A stretch of DNA of 63,590 bases, counting the filler, from Octopus bimaculoides (lineage: Eukaryota): the NCBI RefSeq assembly GCF_001194135.2. It is 4 parts of 3 records of this genome, joined end to end, with 100 filler letters (N's around TTAATTAATTAA, not from the genome) between each part and the next. Parts side by side here need not be neighbours in the genome. Positions count along the whole stretch, not along the records: positions 59,677 to 63,590 come from NC_068995.1; 3 more parts are not named here. One strand, given 5' to 3'. The notes under the pieces are model-generated. The model was not told the DNA's origin and searched no databases. It worked only from the letters and a program-made list of their open reading frames with translations. This document shows, one piece after another, positions 63,522 through 63,590 of the stretch (position 1 is its first letter; each line of letters begins with the position of its first letter). Position numbers and translations under genes: made by a program.

Positions 63522-63590
<69 letters not shown>
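63522..63590 (+). repeat. (TAA)n microsatellite at the 3' end of the R4/Dong element
   Basis: Directly visible. Confidence 0.95.

Overview
Repeat-dense animal genomic DNA from a gappy draft assembly. The SINE families and the microsatellite load look like an octopod cephalopod; this is my recognition and was not checked against a database. There are no prokaryotic features, rRNA, intact tRNA or CRISPR arrays. Most listed ORFs are translations of microsatellites or N gaps. The only well-supported host gene is two plus-strand exons (54187-54243, 57447-57872) that splice in frame into the cytoplasmic part of an UNC5-type netrin receptor (PDLT motif plus the start of ZU5). The rest is mostly transposable elements. 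These are: a full-length but decayed Tx1/L1-clade LINE inserted into a tRNA-derived SINE head with a 15-bp TSD (17169-20989); four R4/Dong-like RLE LINE pieces, each abutting (TAA)n; Penelope-like elements carrying degenerate minimal hammerhead ribozyme motifs; RTE LINE fragments (one with a PHD-like finger inside the RT, one with a possible 52-bp TSD); mariner/Tc1 remnants including a fold-back mariner; several MITEs; a Helitron-type 3' end; and many SINEs. CpG decay in one SINE family marks CpG-depleted domains (~27-33 kb, ~38-58.7 kb) separated by a CpG-retaining, promoter-like island (~33.5-38 kb). Three 100-bp N44-TTAATTAATTAA-N44 spacers are artificial scaffold joins, so contiguity across 25.3, 53.7 and 59.6 kb is uncertain.
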